From positions 256,001-320,000 of the forward strand of contig CBDBDR010000017.1 of the NCBI GenBank assembly GCA_965203965.1: a stretch of DNA of 64,000 nt. The letters run 5' to 3'. This document shows positions 19,774 to 32,149 of this stretch, in pieces. Position 1 is the first letter of the stretch, and each line of letters starts with the position of its first letter. The notes under the pieces were generated by a model that was not told the DNA's origin, did not search any database, and saw only the letters and a list, made by a program, of their open reading frames with translations. Source of the DNA: Thermodesulfobacteriota bacterium. GTDB taxonomy: Bacteria > Desulfobacterota_D > UBA1144 > Nemesobacterales > JAJCZQ01. The translations under genes and the position numbers were made by a program.

Positions 19774-20367
19774 ATGAGAAGATCATTTCTATCTTTTTTC
19801 TTTGCCATATTTTTGGCAATAATTACTTTGGCAAATGCTGAAGGTGAAATTGTTTCAGAAGGTGGATTTTATATCTCCCCATTGGGTGGTGGAAGGTTTA
19901 TTCACCCTGATAATCCAGATTTGGATATTGATATTGGTTATTTGGTTGGCATCGGATTTGGTTACGATATGCAAGGGTTGCGTCCGGAATTTGAAGTTTC
20001 ATATTCCAACAACGGCGTGGACAGTGTTGAAGGCTTTGGCAATTTTGAAGACTATGACGTGAGTTTTTGGAGTTTTCTTGGAAAAGTGTATTATGACTTT
20101 GACCTTGGGAACAACTCCTTTACTCCATTCATAGGGGTTGCTTCAGGTTTCACTAGATCAAAAGAGAATATTAGTATAGATATAGATGGAGATAGAGTGT
20201 CAGTGAGTATTACTGACAATCTCTTTACATACGGTGGAATGGCAGGTTTTCGCGTGCCCCTGAGTGATACTGTCGACATAGGTGCGGAATACAATTTCCT
20301 TGTATATGATGTTGATGACCCTGATTTTTCAAGTGGAGCCGTATTGAGATTATATTTCAAATTATAG
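19774..20367 (+). CDS. Outer-membrane beta-barrel protein (8-stranded, opacity/OmpA-like membrane domain)
   Basis: Signal peptide, alternating aromatic strands (GFGYD, YYDFD, PFIGVASG, IGAEYNF), near-terminal LRLYF; strong RBS. Confidence 0.85.
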   Translation: MRRSFLSFFFAIFLAIITLANAEGEIVSEGGFYISPLGGGRFIHPDNPDLDIDIGYLVGIGFGYDMQGLRPEFEVSYSNNGVDSVEGFGNFEDYDVSFWSFLGKVYYDFDLGNNSFTPFIGVASGFTRSKENISIDIDGDRVSVSITDNLFTYGGMAGFRVPLSDTVDIGAEYNFLVYDVDDPDFSSGAVLRLYFKL

Positions 20368-20398
20368 AGCTATAAGATTTCTCATTCTTTCTTCATCC

Positions 20399-20434
20399 TA
20401 GACCTCTCAACGAAAGTTGAGGGGTCTATATTTT
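20399..20434. terminator. Rho-independent terminator between convergent genes
   Basis: TAGACCTCTCAAC-GAAA-GTTGAGGGGTCTA followed by TATTTT. Confidence 0.8.
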
Positions 20435-22517
20435 AATTCTCTGTTTGGTTTCGTGCAGTCTTAAACTGTTCAACTATCTCAGCAGACACTTGTGCCGGCA
20501 CTTCTTCGTAGTGGGAAAATTCCATTGTGAAATTACCTCTACCGCTTGTAATAGACCTTAACTCAGGTGCGTAAGTCATAACTTCCGACATCGGAACCAA
20601 AGCATCAATACGATGACCAACCAAAGAGGAGTCCAATCCGGACACTTTGCCTCTTCTGGCGTTTACATCGCCAATTACATCTCCCATGTTGTCCTCGGGG
20701 ACATATATGCTCATTTTCATAATTGGTTCCAGTAATATCGGATTGGCATTTTCCATTGCTTTTTTAAACCCCATTGAACCTGCTATCTGAAAAGCAATGT
20801 CAGAAGAGTCTACAGGATGGTGCTTGCCGTCAAATAAGGAAACTTTAATGTTTGTTACGGGGAAGCCTGCAAGAATACCTTGTTTCATTGCATCTTGCAC
20901 CCCTTTTTCAACTGAGGGGATAAAGTTTTTGGGTATTACTCCACCAACTATTTCATCTACAAATTCGTAGCTCTCTCCGTCTTTAAGAGGTTCTACTCGC
21001 AGTTTGGCAACACCGTATTGCCCTCTACCTCCGGTTTGCTTGACGTATTTGCCTTCTGCTTCAAATTTCCTTTTAATGGTTTCTCTATAAGGTACCTTGG
21101 GAGTTTTTAGATCAACGTTCACTCCGTACGAATTTCGGAGCTTTTCAACCGTTACTTCAACGTGCGTCTGTCCCGTGCCTGAAATAAGAAACTCGTTTGT
21201 TTCCAGCTCCTTATGAAATTTTATGGTAGGGTCTTCTTCCATTATTTTTGCGAGAGAGACCGTTAGTTTATCCTCATCATTCCTTGTTTGAGGTTCTATG
21301 GCAAAAGAAAGAACGGCTTGCGGCAAGTCAACTGGAGGGATTATGCACGGATGGTCAACGTCACTTAAAGTTGTGCCTGTATGTACGTCCTTAAGTTTGC
21401 TTAATCCAATTATATCACCTGCTTTTGCTTCGTTTATTTTGTGCTCGTTCTTTCCAACTAATTGTGAGATGTGAGATATTTTGATTTTGGAATTTGTAGA
21501 AGAGTTATACAGCGTTGAGTCAGCTTTGATGGTACCCGATACGACTTTTCCGATGCTTATTTTACCTGCAAAAGGATCGGAGATTGTTTTAAATATGTAA
21601 ACGGAAGAAGGACTTGTAGCATCTGGCGACCTTGTAATATTATTTCCATCGGAGTTCACACAATTTGTGTCTTCTCTTTCAGTTGGCGAAGGCAGTAGAT
21701 ATTTAATGTCTTGTAAAAGAGAGTATAAGCCTAGAAGTTTTTTTGAAGAACCCGTTAGAACGGGATAGATTGTTGATTCTTTTACACCTTTCTTATACAT
21801 ACTAATTATTGTGTCATGGTCAATTTCCTCGCCTTCCAGATATTTAACTAAGACTTTATCATCCTGTTCAGCTATGGTTTCAAGAACTTTATCATAGTAG
21901 CTGTTTGCTGTTTCAACCATATTTTCTGGAATTTTAAGAACGTCAAATTTATTTCCGCCTTTATACACAAAGGCTTTCATTTCAAAAAGATTTATAACCC
22001 CTCTGAAATCGTCTCCCAATCCCAAAGGTATTGTAATTGGCACTGTTTTGATATTGAGGCTTTTCTCGACATATTCCAAAGATTTCTCAAAGTTGGCATG
22101 CTCTTTATCCATGTTGTTCATAAATAAAATTCTCGGTATATCATTTTTAACTGCCATGCTCCAGAATCTATCAAGTTGTTCACCTGAATCTTCAACTCCA
22201 TTAACCAGAAAAATAGCTGCATCAGCCACTTTTATTGCACTATCTGCCTCAAATAGAAAATTTGAAAATCCGGGGGTGTCAATAATGTTTATCAGACATC
22301 CTTCATGTTCAAAATGGGCAACGTGGGAGGTTAGGGACATCTTCCTCTGTTTTTCTTCTTTTGCATGATCAAGAATTGAGCTATTGCTGTCCACTTTTCC
22401 CAGCACTTCCGTGGCACCACTAATGAAAAGCAATCCTTCTGATAGAGTGGTCTTTCCAACTCCGTGAGGACCTATTATAGCAATGTTGCGTATTTGCTCT
22501 GCGGCGATTTCTGACAT
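20433..22517 (-). CDS. Elongation factor G-like protein (EF-G2 paralogue)
   Basis: GPHGVGKT, DTPG, EEDPT, PKVPYRETI, KQTGGRGQYG, DSSDIAF, LLEPIM and GDVNARRG motifs, with a divergent G-domain. Confidence 0.9.
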   Translation of the reverse strand: MSEIAAEQIRNIAIIGPHGVGKTTLSEGLLFISGATEVLGKVDSNSSILDHAKEEKQRKMSLTSHVAHFEHEGCLINIIDTPGFSNFLFEADSAIKVADAAIFLVNGVEDSGEQLDRFWSMAVKNDIPRILFMNNMDKEHANFEKSLEYVEKSLNIKTVPITIPLGLGDDFRGVINLFEMKAFVYKGGNKFDVLKIPENMVETANSYYDKVLETIAEQDDKVLVKYLEGEEIDHDTIISMYKKGVKESTIYPVLTGSSKKLLGLYSLLQDIKYLLPSPTEREDTNCVNSDGNNITRSPDATSPSSVYIFKTISDPFAGKISIGKVVSGTIKADSTLYNSSTNSKIKISHISQLVGKNEHKINEAKAGDIIGLSKLKDVHTGTTLSDVDHPCIIPPVDLPQAVLSFAIEPQTRNDEDKLTVSLAKIMEEDPTIKFHKELETNEFLISGTGQTHVEVTVEKLRNSYGVNVDLKTPKVPYRETIKRKFEAEGKYVKQTGGRGQYGVAKLRVEPLKDGESYEFVDEIVGGVIPKNFIPSVEKGVQDAMKQGILAGFPVTNIKVSLFDGKHHPVDSSDIAFQIAGSMGFKKAMENANPILLEPIMKMSIYVPEDNMGDVIGDVNARRGKVSGLDSSLVGHRIDALVPMSEVMTYAPELRSITSGRGNFTMEFSHYEEVPAQVSAEIVEQFKTARNQTEN

Positions 22518-22690
22518 TTGTAACCCTGTTCTAAAGAGACCTTGCTCTTATTATAGAATTTGGAGGTGTCTGTTGTAAAGCTATTTTTTAAAATTTTGGT
22601 TAAAGCTAAGTTGTAATAGCTTTAACCAAAGTCTAAAGAACAGTACTATTTAAATCTGGAGCAGTGCGATATAAATCTGGCGATCAAAGA

Positions 22691-23575
22691 TTATTTCCCA
22701 AGTACCGTATCCAGATTTATGAGGGGTACTCCTTCGGCTCCAGAAAATCTTGGCAATACTCCATCCCATTTCTCAGCTATTCTGAGTTGGATAAGTTCGG
22801 GGTTGTTTTTAAGTGCTTTTGCCTCTCTGCTGATTGCATCTGCCCGTGCTTTTGAGCCAACTTCAATCTCATAAGCCTCTGCGTCTGCGGCGAGTTTTCT
22901 TTCTGCAGCTCCAGCCTCAGCCTGAGTTACTCTTCTGGTTTTTTCATTTTTTGCTTGTAGGGCTTCCTGTTCTGCTCTTACTTTCAACTCAATTGCCTTG
23001 TTGAATTCATCAGAAAAATCAAAATCAGTAATGGCAACATTTGCAATTCTCAGGGAGTTAGTAACTCCTTTTTCTTCGAGGGTTATGTTAATAAAGTTGT
23101 TAATAGCTTCCTGGATTTGCAGTTTTACCTCTGCCCTTTTGGTTACAAGTTGTTCTGCTGTATATTGTGCAGTAATAGCTTTAACGGATTCCTGAATTGC
23201 AGGTTCAATAAGCGTTGCTGATACTATATCACGGGTGCCTATTTTCTGGAATGTTAAAGGAGCAATTTCACCCACTAATGAGTATTGAACAGTAACCTGA
23301 GTGCTGACAGTTTGCAGGTCTTTTGATGCAGCTCGGGCTTTTGCATTTGCTTTTGTGAGCCTTACATCTATTTGTTCAACTTTATCAATAAATGGTTTTC
23401 TAAAATGAAATCCTTCCGGCAATGGTTCAAGTTGCACGGCTCCAAGTGTTCTGATTACACCCACGTGACCGCTTTCAACGATGACAAATGCGCTTGAGAT
23501 CATAAAAAACAGTACAATAATGATCATTGGGTATTTAAAGCTAAAACTTGAAAAAAGATTGTTTACCTTGCTCAT
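22691..23575 (-). CDS. Prohibitin/SPFH (band 7) family membrane protein
   Basis: N-terminal TM, AASKDLQTV, YTAEQLVTKR and FDFSDEFNKAIE. GGAGG RBS before ATG 23575. Confidence 0.9.
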   Translation of the reverse strand: MSKVNNLFSSFSFKYPMIIIVLFFMISSAFVIVESGHVGVIRTLGAVQLEPLPEGFHFRKPFIDKVEQIDVRLTKANAKARAASKDLQTVSTQVTVQYSLVGEIAPLTFQKIGTRDIVSATLIEPAIQESVKAITAQYTAEQLVTKRAEVKLQIQEAINNFINITLEEKGVTNSLRIANVAITDFDFSDEFNKAIELKVRAEQEALQAKNEKTRRVTQAEAGAAERKLAADAEAYEIEVGSKARADAISREAKALKNNPELIQLRIAEKWDGVLPRFSGAEGVPLINLDTVLGK

Positions 23576-23698
23576 AACTACCTCCAATTTGCTGAATATT
23601 TAGTAAAACTCAACTGACACTGACAGTAAGAACTTAAAACCATCCAACTTTTGCTGTGTTATATTTTTATGTAAATTATTAGTTTTATTTTTTCAAAG

Positions 23699-25708
23699 TC
23701 AATTTACAGCTATTACTTTCAAGCTAAGTCTTTTCCTCAAAGGATTAACTTTTTCAACGCTCAATGTAACTTCATCGTATTCTTTCAGATTTTTTATTGA
23801 ATTATTTACGACAGGCATTTCTCTAAAAAAATCAGGTAGGTAAACAGATAGGTTTGTCTCATTTGCATAGCTGACAATTCCCTTAATACTTTGCCCAATA
23901 TTGTTTTCTAAATACTTGTATAGCCAGTATCTCTGCCTGTTTTTCTGGAGAGGTCTTCTTTCTCTGAAACTTTCTGTTACGGTCGTTATTATTTCAGAAA
24001 GTTCCTTGTCATCGTAAGTCCACTCATTACCTTCCAATATGCCTATGATTTGTCGCTGGACAACCAGATCAAAATATCTTCTTATGGGTGAAGTAACTTG
24101 CACGTATGAGTCAAGTCCGAGTGACCTATGGGGTCCGGGATTGGTGCTAGTAATAGATGGTCTCAAATATTTGACGACTTTTATGGAATACAGAGGGTCA
24201 TTTTCAGATAGCTGTTTTCCCTCCTGTGGTATCTCTTTATGCTGAACCCTGAATATTGAAGGCACTTTATGCTCTTTTATGAATTTGGCTGCCAGTTTGT
24301 TGGTAAGGATCATAAGCTCGGTGATAATAACATGGGGTAGGGAGTTCATGTAGTTTTTATAAGTGTTTACATTGCCTTTTTTGTCAATTATGAGCTTGAG
24401 TTCAGGTAGATGTAGAATAAAGGCTCCCTTAATGAGTCTTTTTTTCCTGAGAGAGATTGCTATGTTGGCGAGTTCTCTACCTTCTTTTTCTTTAAGAAGC
24501 TCATTTGCCACCTCCATGTATGAAAGATTTTTTGAGATTGAAATTACTGATTGTATAAACCTGTATTTTTTTATTTCATAAGTTTGCTTATCAAATTCCA
24601 GTATAAGAGAAAGTGCCAGTTTTGGCTCTTCTGCAAAAAGGCTGAATTTTTTTCTTATCAGATCCTGTGGGAATATATCAATGTGTTTATCGGGTATATA
24701 GACTGTTTCGCCTTTGGTGCATGCCTCAATATCCAGACTTGAGCCTTTTTTTATGTAATGGGCAACATTGCAAATGTGAATACCAAGCTCAATTATCTCT
24801 TTTTTTATCTCAATGGATATTGCGTCGTCAATATCTTCGGTATTTTCATCATCAATTGTAAATATTTCTTTGGACGTTAGATCAACGAGATCGTCTTTTT
24901 CCAAAGATGTAGACATTATATTCTCGGCTTCATCTAAAGATATTTTTGAGAACTTACCAATTTCTTCCAGTTTTTTCAGATCAGGATTTGCATCGGCATC
25001 CCATTCACCTAACTTGATCATAAGCTCGGTCGCGTCTTCAATTGTGCTTATTCCAAGTTGATGAACAAACGATCTCGCTTCCCTGTTTTTCTTATTACCA
25101 CGGTGTTTTGTAAGAACGTAATGACTTATGAGTTCGTTAAAGTAAGTTTTGTCAAACTCTGGTTTTTTTATGGATTCAATATCATTATCTTTGATAAAAT
25201 TTTTAAAATATTTCACCACCGCTGATGTTTCTTCCTTTTTTCTTTTCTCTTTTTCAATCTCCCACAACTTGTTGTTTACTTCCGACTCTGCAGAAGGAAA
25301 GTATGAGTCCTCAATCTTTTTGAAATAGATCTTGTCTTTATTCACAGCCCAGTAAATTTTCAGTTTTTCATTGTCGTCAACAATCCCATTGCCATAATAA
25401 ATCTCAATGAGATCATTAAATGATATTTTTTCCACCGATCCGACGACGCGTTTCCATAAAACTTCCAGATCAACTTCATTGCTGATTTCATTAAGTTTAT
25501 TCCTGTAACCTCTAAGTGTGGATTTTCTATCGGAATTTATAATTATTGAGGTTTTCAGTTTAATTTGGTCGAGGTTTATACTGATTTCTCTTCCATCTTC
25601 CGATAGCACAACCATATTGTCGTCATTGGCTGAGCATACTAAACCAAGCACCGGTTTGTTTTTTTTGGCAAATACAACTAATTCGTTGGATAAGTAAGTA
25701 ACGTTCAT
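23699..25708 (-). CDS. RNB-domain exoribonuclease (RNase II/R family)
   Basis: TIDDENTEDIDDAIS, ELMIL.N and HRSLGLDSYVQVTSPIRRYFDL motifs; C-terminal S1-like region. Confidence 0.9.
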   Translation of the reverse strand: MNVTYLSNELVVFAKKNKPVLGLVCSANDDNMVVLSEDGREISINLDQIKLKTSIIINSDRKSTLRGYRNKLNEISNEVDLEVLWKRVVGSVEKISFNDLIEIYYGNGIVDDNEKLKIYWAVNKDKIYFKKIEDSYFPSAESEVNNKLWEIEKEKRKKEETSAVVKYFKNFIKDNDIESIKKPEFDKTYFNELISHYVLTKHRGNKKNREARSFVHQLGISTIEDATELMIKLGEWDADANPDLKKLEEIGKFSKISLDEAENIMSTSLEKDDLVDLTSKEIFTIDDENTEDIDDAISIEIKKEIIELGIHICNVAHYIKKGSSLDIEACTKGETVYIPDKHIDIFPQDLIRKKFSLFAEEPKLALSLILEFDKQTYEIKKYRFIQSVISISKNLSYMEVANELLKEKEGRELANIAISLRKKRLIKGAFILHLPELKLIIDKKGNVNTYKNYMNSLPHVIITELMILTNKLAAKFIKEHKVPSIFRVQHKEIPQEGKQLSENDPLYSIKVVKYLRPSITSTNPGPHRSLGLDSYVQVTSPIRRYFDLVVQRQIIGILEGNEWTYDDKELSEIITTVTESFRERRPLQKNRQRYWLYKYLENNIGQSIKGIVSYANETNLSVYLPDFFREMPVVNNSIKNLKEYDEVTLSVEKVNPLRKRLSLKVIAVN

Positions 25709-25711
25709 TAG

Positions 25712-27337
<1,626 letters not shown>

Positions 27338-27357
27338 TCAGGATTTTTGAATTATAT

Positions 27358-27969
27358 TTAATACTGAGTTTCTTTCAATATTGGCTGTGAATTCAGATAA
27401 TTTGCCAGCTTTTTAGCGGCTATTGATCTGTGACTTATTTTATTTTTATCCGCAGGATCAAGTTCTGCCATGGTTTTTTGCATTTCTGGCAGGTAAAAAA
27501 TTGGATCGTAACCAAAGCCATTATTTCCTCTTTTCTCATCTATGATGACCCCTTCACAACTTCCTTCAAACAATTTGGTTGTGCCGCTGGGATTTACAAA
27601 CGCAATCACGCATACAAATTTAGCTTGCCTGTTTTTTATTGCCTTGATATTCTTCAGCAACTTGTTCACATTTTCATCATCTGTGCTGTTATTACCGGCG
27701 TATCTTGCTGAATAAATACCCGGTTCTCCGTTCAGAGCTTTGACGACCAATCCCGAGTCATCGGCGATGGTTATTTTGTTAAAAAAAGCTGAAATTATCT
27801 CAGCTTTTTTTAGTGCATTTTCTTCAAACGTACTCCCGTTTTCAATTATTTTGGGTGCTTGGTCAAAATCCAACAGAGATTTAAAGCTGAAGTAATTGCC
27901 AAGTAACTCTGAAAATTCAGCGAGCTTTCCCCTGTTTTTAGTTGCTATTATTATTTCTTTTGACTCCAT
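27358..27969 (-). CDS. rdgB: Non-canonical purine NTP pyrophosphatase (RdgB/HAM1)
   Basis: ATKNRGK, ADDSGL, PGIYSARY, GFGYDPIF and KNKISHR motifs. Confidence 0.95.
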   Translation of the reverse strand: MESKEIIIATKNRGKLAEFSELLGNYFSFKSLLDFDQAPKIIENGSTFEENALKKAEIISAFFNKITIADDSGLVVKALNGEPGIYSARYAGNNSTDDENVNKLLKNIKAIKNRQAKFVCVIAFVNPSGTTKLFEGSCEGVIIDEKRGNNGFGYDPIFYLPEMQKTMAELDPADKNKISHRSIAAKKLANYLNSQPILKETQY

Positions 27970-28117
27970 GATCCGTGTTTACAACTCACAAGGTATCAAA
28001 ATTGTTTCAGATAACTGTATGGTTCAATCAATATCTTTATCTTTAATTATATTATCTGCATTTTGATGTTTTTTATGTATGCTAATGCCATTCGTAGAAA
28101 ATAAGGAGGATGGCTTG

Positions 28118-30763
28118 ATGGTAATGCATTGTAAAAAACTTTTGTTTATTGTATTTAACTTTTTTGTATTTGTCCCGATAGTTTTTGCTCAGAATACAGA
28201 TAACTCTGAAAATCAAATATTCAGCTTTGACCCTTTGGTGATAACGGGAAGTAGAACCATTACTGATGATTCAACTTCTCCCGTACCGGTTGACCGCATA
28301 GAAAAGGATGAACTTCTCAAAACTGGACATAATGAACTTGGCAGGGCAATACAAACGTTGATCCCTTCTTTTAATTTTTCAAGTTCCACAATAAGTGATG
28401 GAACAGACTCCGTTCGTCCTGCGACTTTGAGAGGGATGGGGCCTGACCAAGTGCTTCTGTTGATAAATGGAAAACGTCGACATGGTAGTGCACTTATACA
28501 CGTAAATACTTCAGTTGGGCGTGGTACAGCGGGCTATGACATAAACTCCATACCCATAAGTGCAATTGATCGTGTGGAAGTATTAAGAGATGGAGCTTCT
28601 GCTTTGTATGGCTCCGATGCAATAGCTGGTGTCATCAATATAATTTTAAAAACTGACTATGAGGGAGCAGTTTATACTTCTTATGGAGAAACTTATGAGG
28701 GAGATGGTGCTCAATTTATAACCAGATTGAACAAAGGGTTCAGTATTGGTGGGGATGGGGTGCTTCACCTTGCAGCAGAGTTTCGTGATAGGCAGAGAAC
28801 CAACCGTGCTGGGTTGTCAGGAACAATACAATATCCAGACTCTACAAGTTTCCCTCTGGATGATAATGATGACAATAACTTTGACCCAGTTTTGAATACC
28901 AATCTCATTAATGAGGGATTTAGACCGGGGACAATCGTTCTGTTGAATGATCCAGACGGTAAAGAAGCGAGTTTTAACCGCCGTAATTTCCGCATTGGGG
29001 ATGCTGATGCAGAGTATGTAAGCGGTGTGTATAACTTTGAAAAACCGATCAGTATTGGCTCAGGTGCAAATATATATTCATTTGGTTCTATTTCACGGAA
29101 GGAAAGCACAAGTGGAGGTTTTTACAGAAGAGCAAACGATGCCCGGAATCCGGGGGCAAGCTATCCGGATGGATTTCTTCCTCTGATTGAAACTACGGTA
29201 TGGGATTTTTCACTGAATATGGGTGTAGATTATGAATTTGATAGTGGTCTCAAAGTTGATCTTGGAGTTACACATGGAGGAAATACCTTTAACTTCGGTG
29301 TGAAAAACTCCCATAATGCCTCATGGGTCTATCGTAAACTCAATCCCGATACCGATTTCACGTTTGGAACCGCCGCGTTTAGAACTGGTACAGATCCTTT
29401 CTCAGAAACGGATTTTTCTGGCTCAATTCCAACCTCCGCAGACTCGGGGGAACTCGCATTATATCTCACCACAGTAAATCTGGATTTTGTAATGCCTATA
29501 CAGGATTGGCTTAAACTGGCTTGGGGAGGAGAGTACAAAAGGGACAACTACAAGATAGAAGCAGGGGATCCTTATTCTTATGAGGATTATGATGGAATTA
29601 CAGAAAGTGGGGCTCCAGGAGGGATACAGGTTTTTCCAGGATTTCAACCTGAAAACGAAGTAGATGAATCAAGACATGCTTTTGCTCTTTACACTGAAGC
29701 AAGTGTAACTCCTTATGAATCATTACTGATAAGTCCTGCCGTGCGTTACGAAAGATACAGTGATTTTGGTAACAGTTTGAATGGCAAGATAGCGGCAAAG
29801 TTAGACGCTTTTGAAATTATTACTTTCAGAGGTTCACTAAGCAGTGGGTTCAGGGCACCTTCAATGCAGCAGCTTTACTTCAACAACGTAAGCACTCAAT
29901 TTCTTCCCGTGGGTAACGATCAGGTTCCTTTTGAGGTTGGAACTTTCAGAAACGACAGTGAAATAGCCAATGCAATTGGGATCCCTGATCTTGATGAAGA
30001 AACTTCTGTAAACTGGAGCGGTGGTTTTTTATTTAAACCCTTTTCTAATTTCTCCATTACCACGGATTTTTACTACATAACCGTAGATAATAGAATTATC
30101 CTAAGCGGTCCATTGGAGCCGGGTAATGAGGCTCTTTCACAAACCGCGAGAGAGTTTTTTATTGCTAGAGGCATTGGAAGAGCTCAGTTTTTTATGAACG
30201 CGGCTGATACAAGGACAAAAGGTGTGGATATAATTTCCGCTTGGCAAGTCCCGTTTGTTTCCAAAGGGTCATTGAAACTCAAATTTGCTGGGACAATATC
30301 AGACACAAAGATCACTTCAGTGAACCTCCCAGTTGGACTTCCCGATTCGCTTTACACTGATCGGGATCGTTCCATTTTGGAAGAGTGGCAACCAGATAGT
30401 AAATTCACACTTTCAGGTAACTACGATATTAATAGATTTTCATTTTGGTTAGCATTTCATCGTTATGGTGAATACAGAATAACAAATGGGGGTAGACAAC
30501 AGACTTACGGTGCTAAATATCTGACCGATGCACAAATGAGCATTGATCTCGGAAGGTTAGGAGCAATAAAATTCGGAGCTAATAACCTATTTGACGTGAC
30601 GCCTGATAGGAACGAGATAACTATTTCAAACAGAGGCACTATAATAGACCCAGAAGGTAACGTAATTGTGGATTCACCCGGTGTTTTCACTTACTCAAGA
30701 GGGTCTGCTCCATTTGGATTTAACGGTGGATTTTATTATGTCGCTTTTGAGAGAAGTCTGTAA
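28118..30763 (+). CDS. TonB-dependent receptor
   Basis: LVITGSR TonB-box region, plug LRGMGPDQVLLLINGKR and RVEVLRDGASALYGSDAIAGVINII, barrel ending GFNGGFYY. AAGGAGG RBS before ATG 28118. Confidence 0.95.
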   Translation: MVMHCKKLLFIVFNFFVFVPIVFAQNTDNSENQIFSFDPLVITGSRTITDDSTSPVPVDRIEKDELLKTGHNELGRAIQTLIPSFNFSSSTISDGTDSVRPATLRGMGPDQVLLLINGKRRHGSALIHVNTSVGRGTAGYDINSIPISAIDRVEVLRDGASALYGSDAIAGVINIILKTDYEGAVYTSYGETYEGDGAQFITRLNKGFSIGGDGVLHLAAEFRDRQRTNRAGLSGTIQYPDSTSFPLDDNDDNNFDPVLNTNLINEGFRPGTIVLLNDPDGKEASFNRRNFRIGDADAEYVSGVYNFEKPISIGSGANIYSFGSISRKESTSGGFYRRANDARNPGASYPDGFLPLIETTVWDFSLNMGVDYEFDSGLKVDLGVTHGGNTFNFGVKNSHNASWVYRKLNPDTDFTFGTAAFRTGTDPFSETDFSGSIPTSADSGELALYLTTVNLDFVMPIQDWLKLAWGGEYKRDNYKIEAGDPYSYEDYDGITESGAPGGIQVFPGFQPENEVDESRHAFALYTEASVTPYESLLISPAVRYERYSDFGNSLNGKIAAKLDAFEIITFRGSLSSGFRAPSMQQLYFNNVSTQFLPVGNDQVPFEVGTFRNDSEIANAIGIPDLDEETSVNWSGGFLFKPFSNFSITTDFYYITVDNRIILSGPLEPGNEALSQTAREFFIARGIGRAQFFMNAADTRTKGVDIISAWQVPFVSKGSLKLKFAGTISDTKITSVNLPVGLPDSLYTDRDRSILEEWQPDSKFTLSGNYDINRFSFWLAFHRYGEYRITNGGRQQTYGAKYLTDAQMSIDLGRLGAIKFGANNLFDVTPDRNEITISNRGTIIDPEGNVIVDSPGVFTYSRGSAPFGFNGGFYYVAFERSL

Positions 30764-30840
30764 AGGCAGGTAAGGTTTACGGGTCAAAATCCGCACCGTA
30801 TTTCAGCCTCCACTCAAATTATTTGTTTAGGGTTATAATA

Positions 30841-30880
30841 AAAAGGACACACGAGCTAATTGTGTGTCCTTTTAGTTTTT
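30841..30880. terminator. Rho-independent terminator, probably bidirectional
   Basis: AAAAGGACACAC-9 nt-GTGTGTCCTTTT followed by AGTTTTT. Confidence 0.85.
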
Positions 30881-31006
30881 CCTGTGGGTGGGTAAAAAAG
30901 TGCGGTGGTGAGGGTGGGTCGGTAAGAATCATATCTGCATAATTATCTGAAAACCGTAAAATCTTTATTCTTCCTTGCGAAATTGCGTTCTGATTTCTTT
31001 AACATT

Positions 31007-31654
31007 TTATGCTTTTTCAATTTTTTTGTCGGTTCTCAAGTCAAGGAAATACCAATCATTTATCTTCTCCCATTCAAATTGATAAGAGTTATGTAAAGTC
31101 ACTCTAATATTTTCTCGCCCTTTGCTGTCATACCAAAATTCTTTCCCTTTTTCAGTTATAAATCCATCGTGTGTAGCGAAAACAGTCCCAACACCTTTTT
31201 TTGATTGTTTGATATATGGTGTACTATTAGTAATCATATAAAATCTTCCAAGTTTAAATTGTCCTTTGGTAATAACCAATTCAAGGGCTTCAATATCAAC
31301 GTAAGCATCAATTCTTCCATGGTCTTGCGCCCCTTGTTTTGCTGTCTTAAATTTTAATTCAATAGCGCATTTTATTTGGTCAACGAATTCGCAAGAAATG
31401 TCAATGTACTTTGATTTTCCTTTTATGTTGTCACATTTAGTTTCCAAATCCACTTTGAAAAGGTCTTTTTCAGCGATTGAGTATAGATTTCCAACGTTTC
31501 TTATTATTTGGGCGAAATGATGTTGAAAAGGTGCTTCTTTACTGATTTCGTGTCTGCTGTGAATAAACTGAGATTTAAAGATTTTCCACGACAAGTCTAA
31601 AACTTCATTTAGTCGTTTTGGATATTCAAATTCTATAATCTCTTCTTCTTTCAT
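31007..31654 (-). CDS. Hypothetical protein, putative PD-(D/E)xK nuclease fold
   Basis: E..FQ helix, YIDI, AIELKF and D..AL motif order typical of restriction-endonuclease-like folds. AT-rich. Confidence 0.55.
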   Translation of the reverse strand: MKEEEIIEFEYPKRLNEVLDLSWKIFKSQFIHSRHEISKEAPFQHHFAQIIRNVGNLYSIAEKDLFKVDLETKCDNIKGKSKYIDISCEFVDQIKCAIELKFKTAKQGAQDHGRIDAYVDIEALELVITKGQFKLGRFYMITNSTPYIKQSKKGVGTVFATHDGFITEKGKEFWYDSKGRENIRVTLHNSYQFEWEKINDWYFLDLRTDKKIEKA

Positions 31655-32149
31655 TTTTTACGGCTTGTGCTATCCCCTTCACTAACAGGGACAATATGGG
31701 AGGCATCAATTAATTTAAGTTGCGAGTCACATTATAACGGAATAACTAAAATGGCACAATGGGATAAAAAACTGAAAACTGACTGACCGAGAATTTAAGT
31801 AATCTAATCAATTTTTACCTTTTTTCTGCCATAACTTTCCCTAATTATTATACTTTTTATTTTTGCAGTTTTTGACGCTTATTGCATCTAATTTCTGAAC
31901 TTGCGGACATTTTAACAAAAAAATCAATGTTAAAATGTTAAAGGGGAGTTAGGAACTCGTTAAGTATCAACACTATCGCTGTTTTCGGTCATTTTTTGTA
32001 AGTGGGAAAATAATCGTTTGTTAAACACCGTTTAAATCCCGTTTAATCCCCATTTAAACTGTCAATAATTCCGCCAAAAGACCTCTCTAATCCGCGTTTC
32101 TCTGGGGTTTATACTGGAACTTATTTGCTCTTTGCGAGTGGGGTGGAAG

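Noticed and set aside
19571..19819. 82-aa minus-strand ORF
   Set aside because: It overlaps the beta-barrel start and structured leader in antisense and has no recognisable features.
30895..30935. Duplicated tmRNA 3' end (att site)
   Set aside because: Only a weak TGGTG-AGG resemblance in a G-rich tract; not enough to call an att site.
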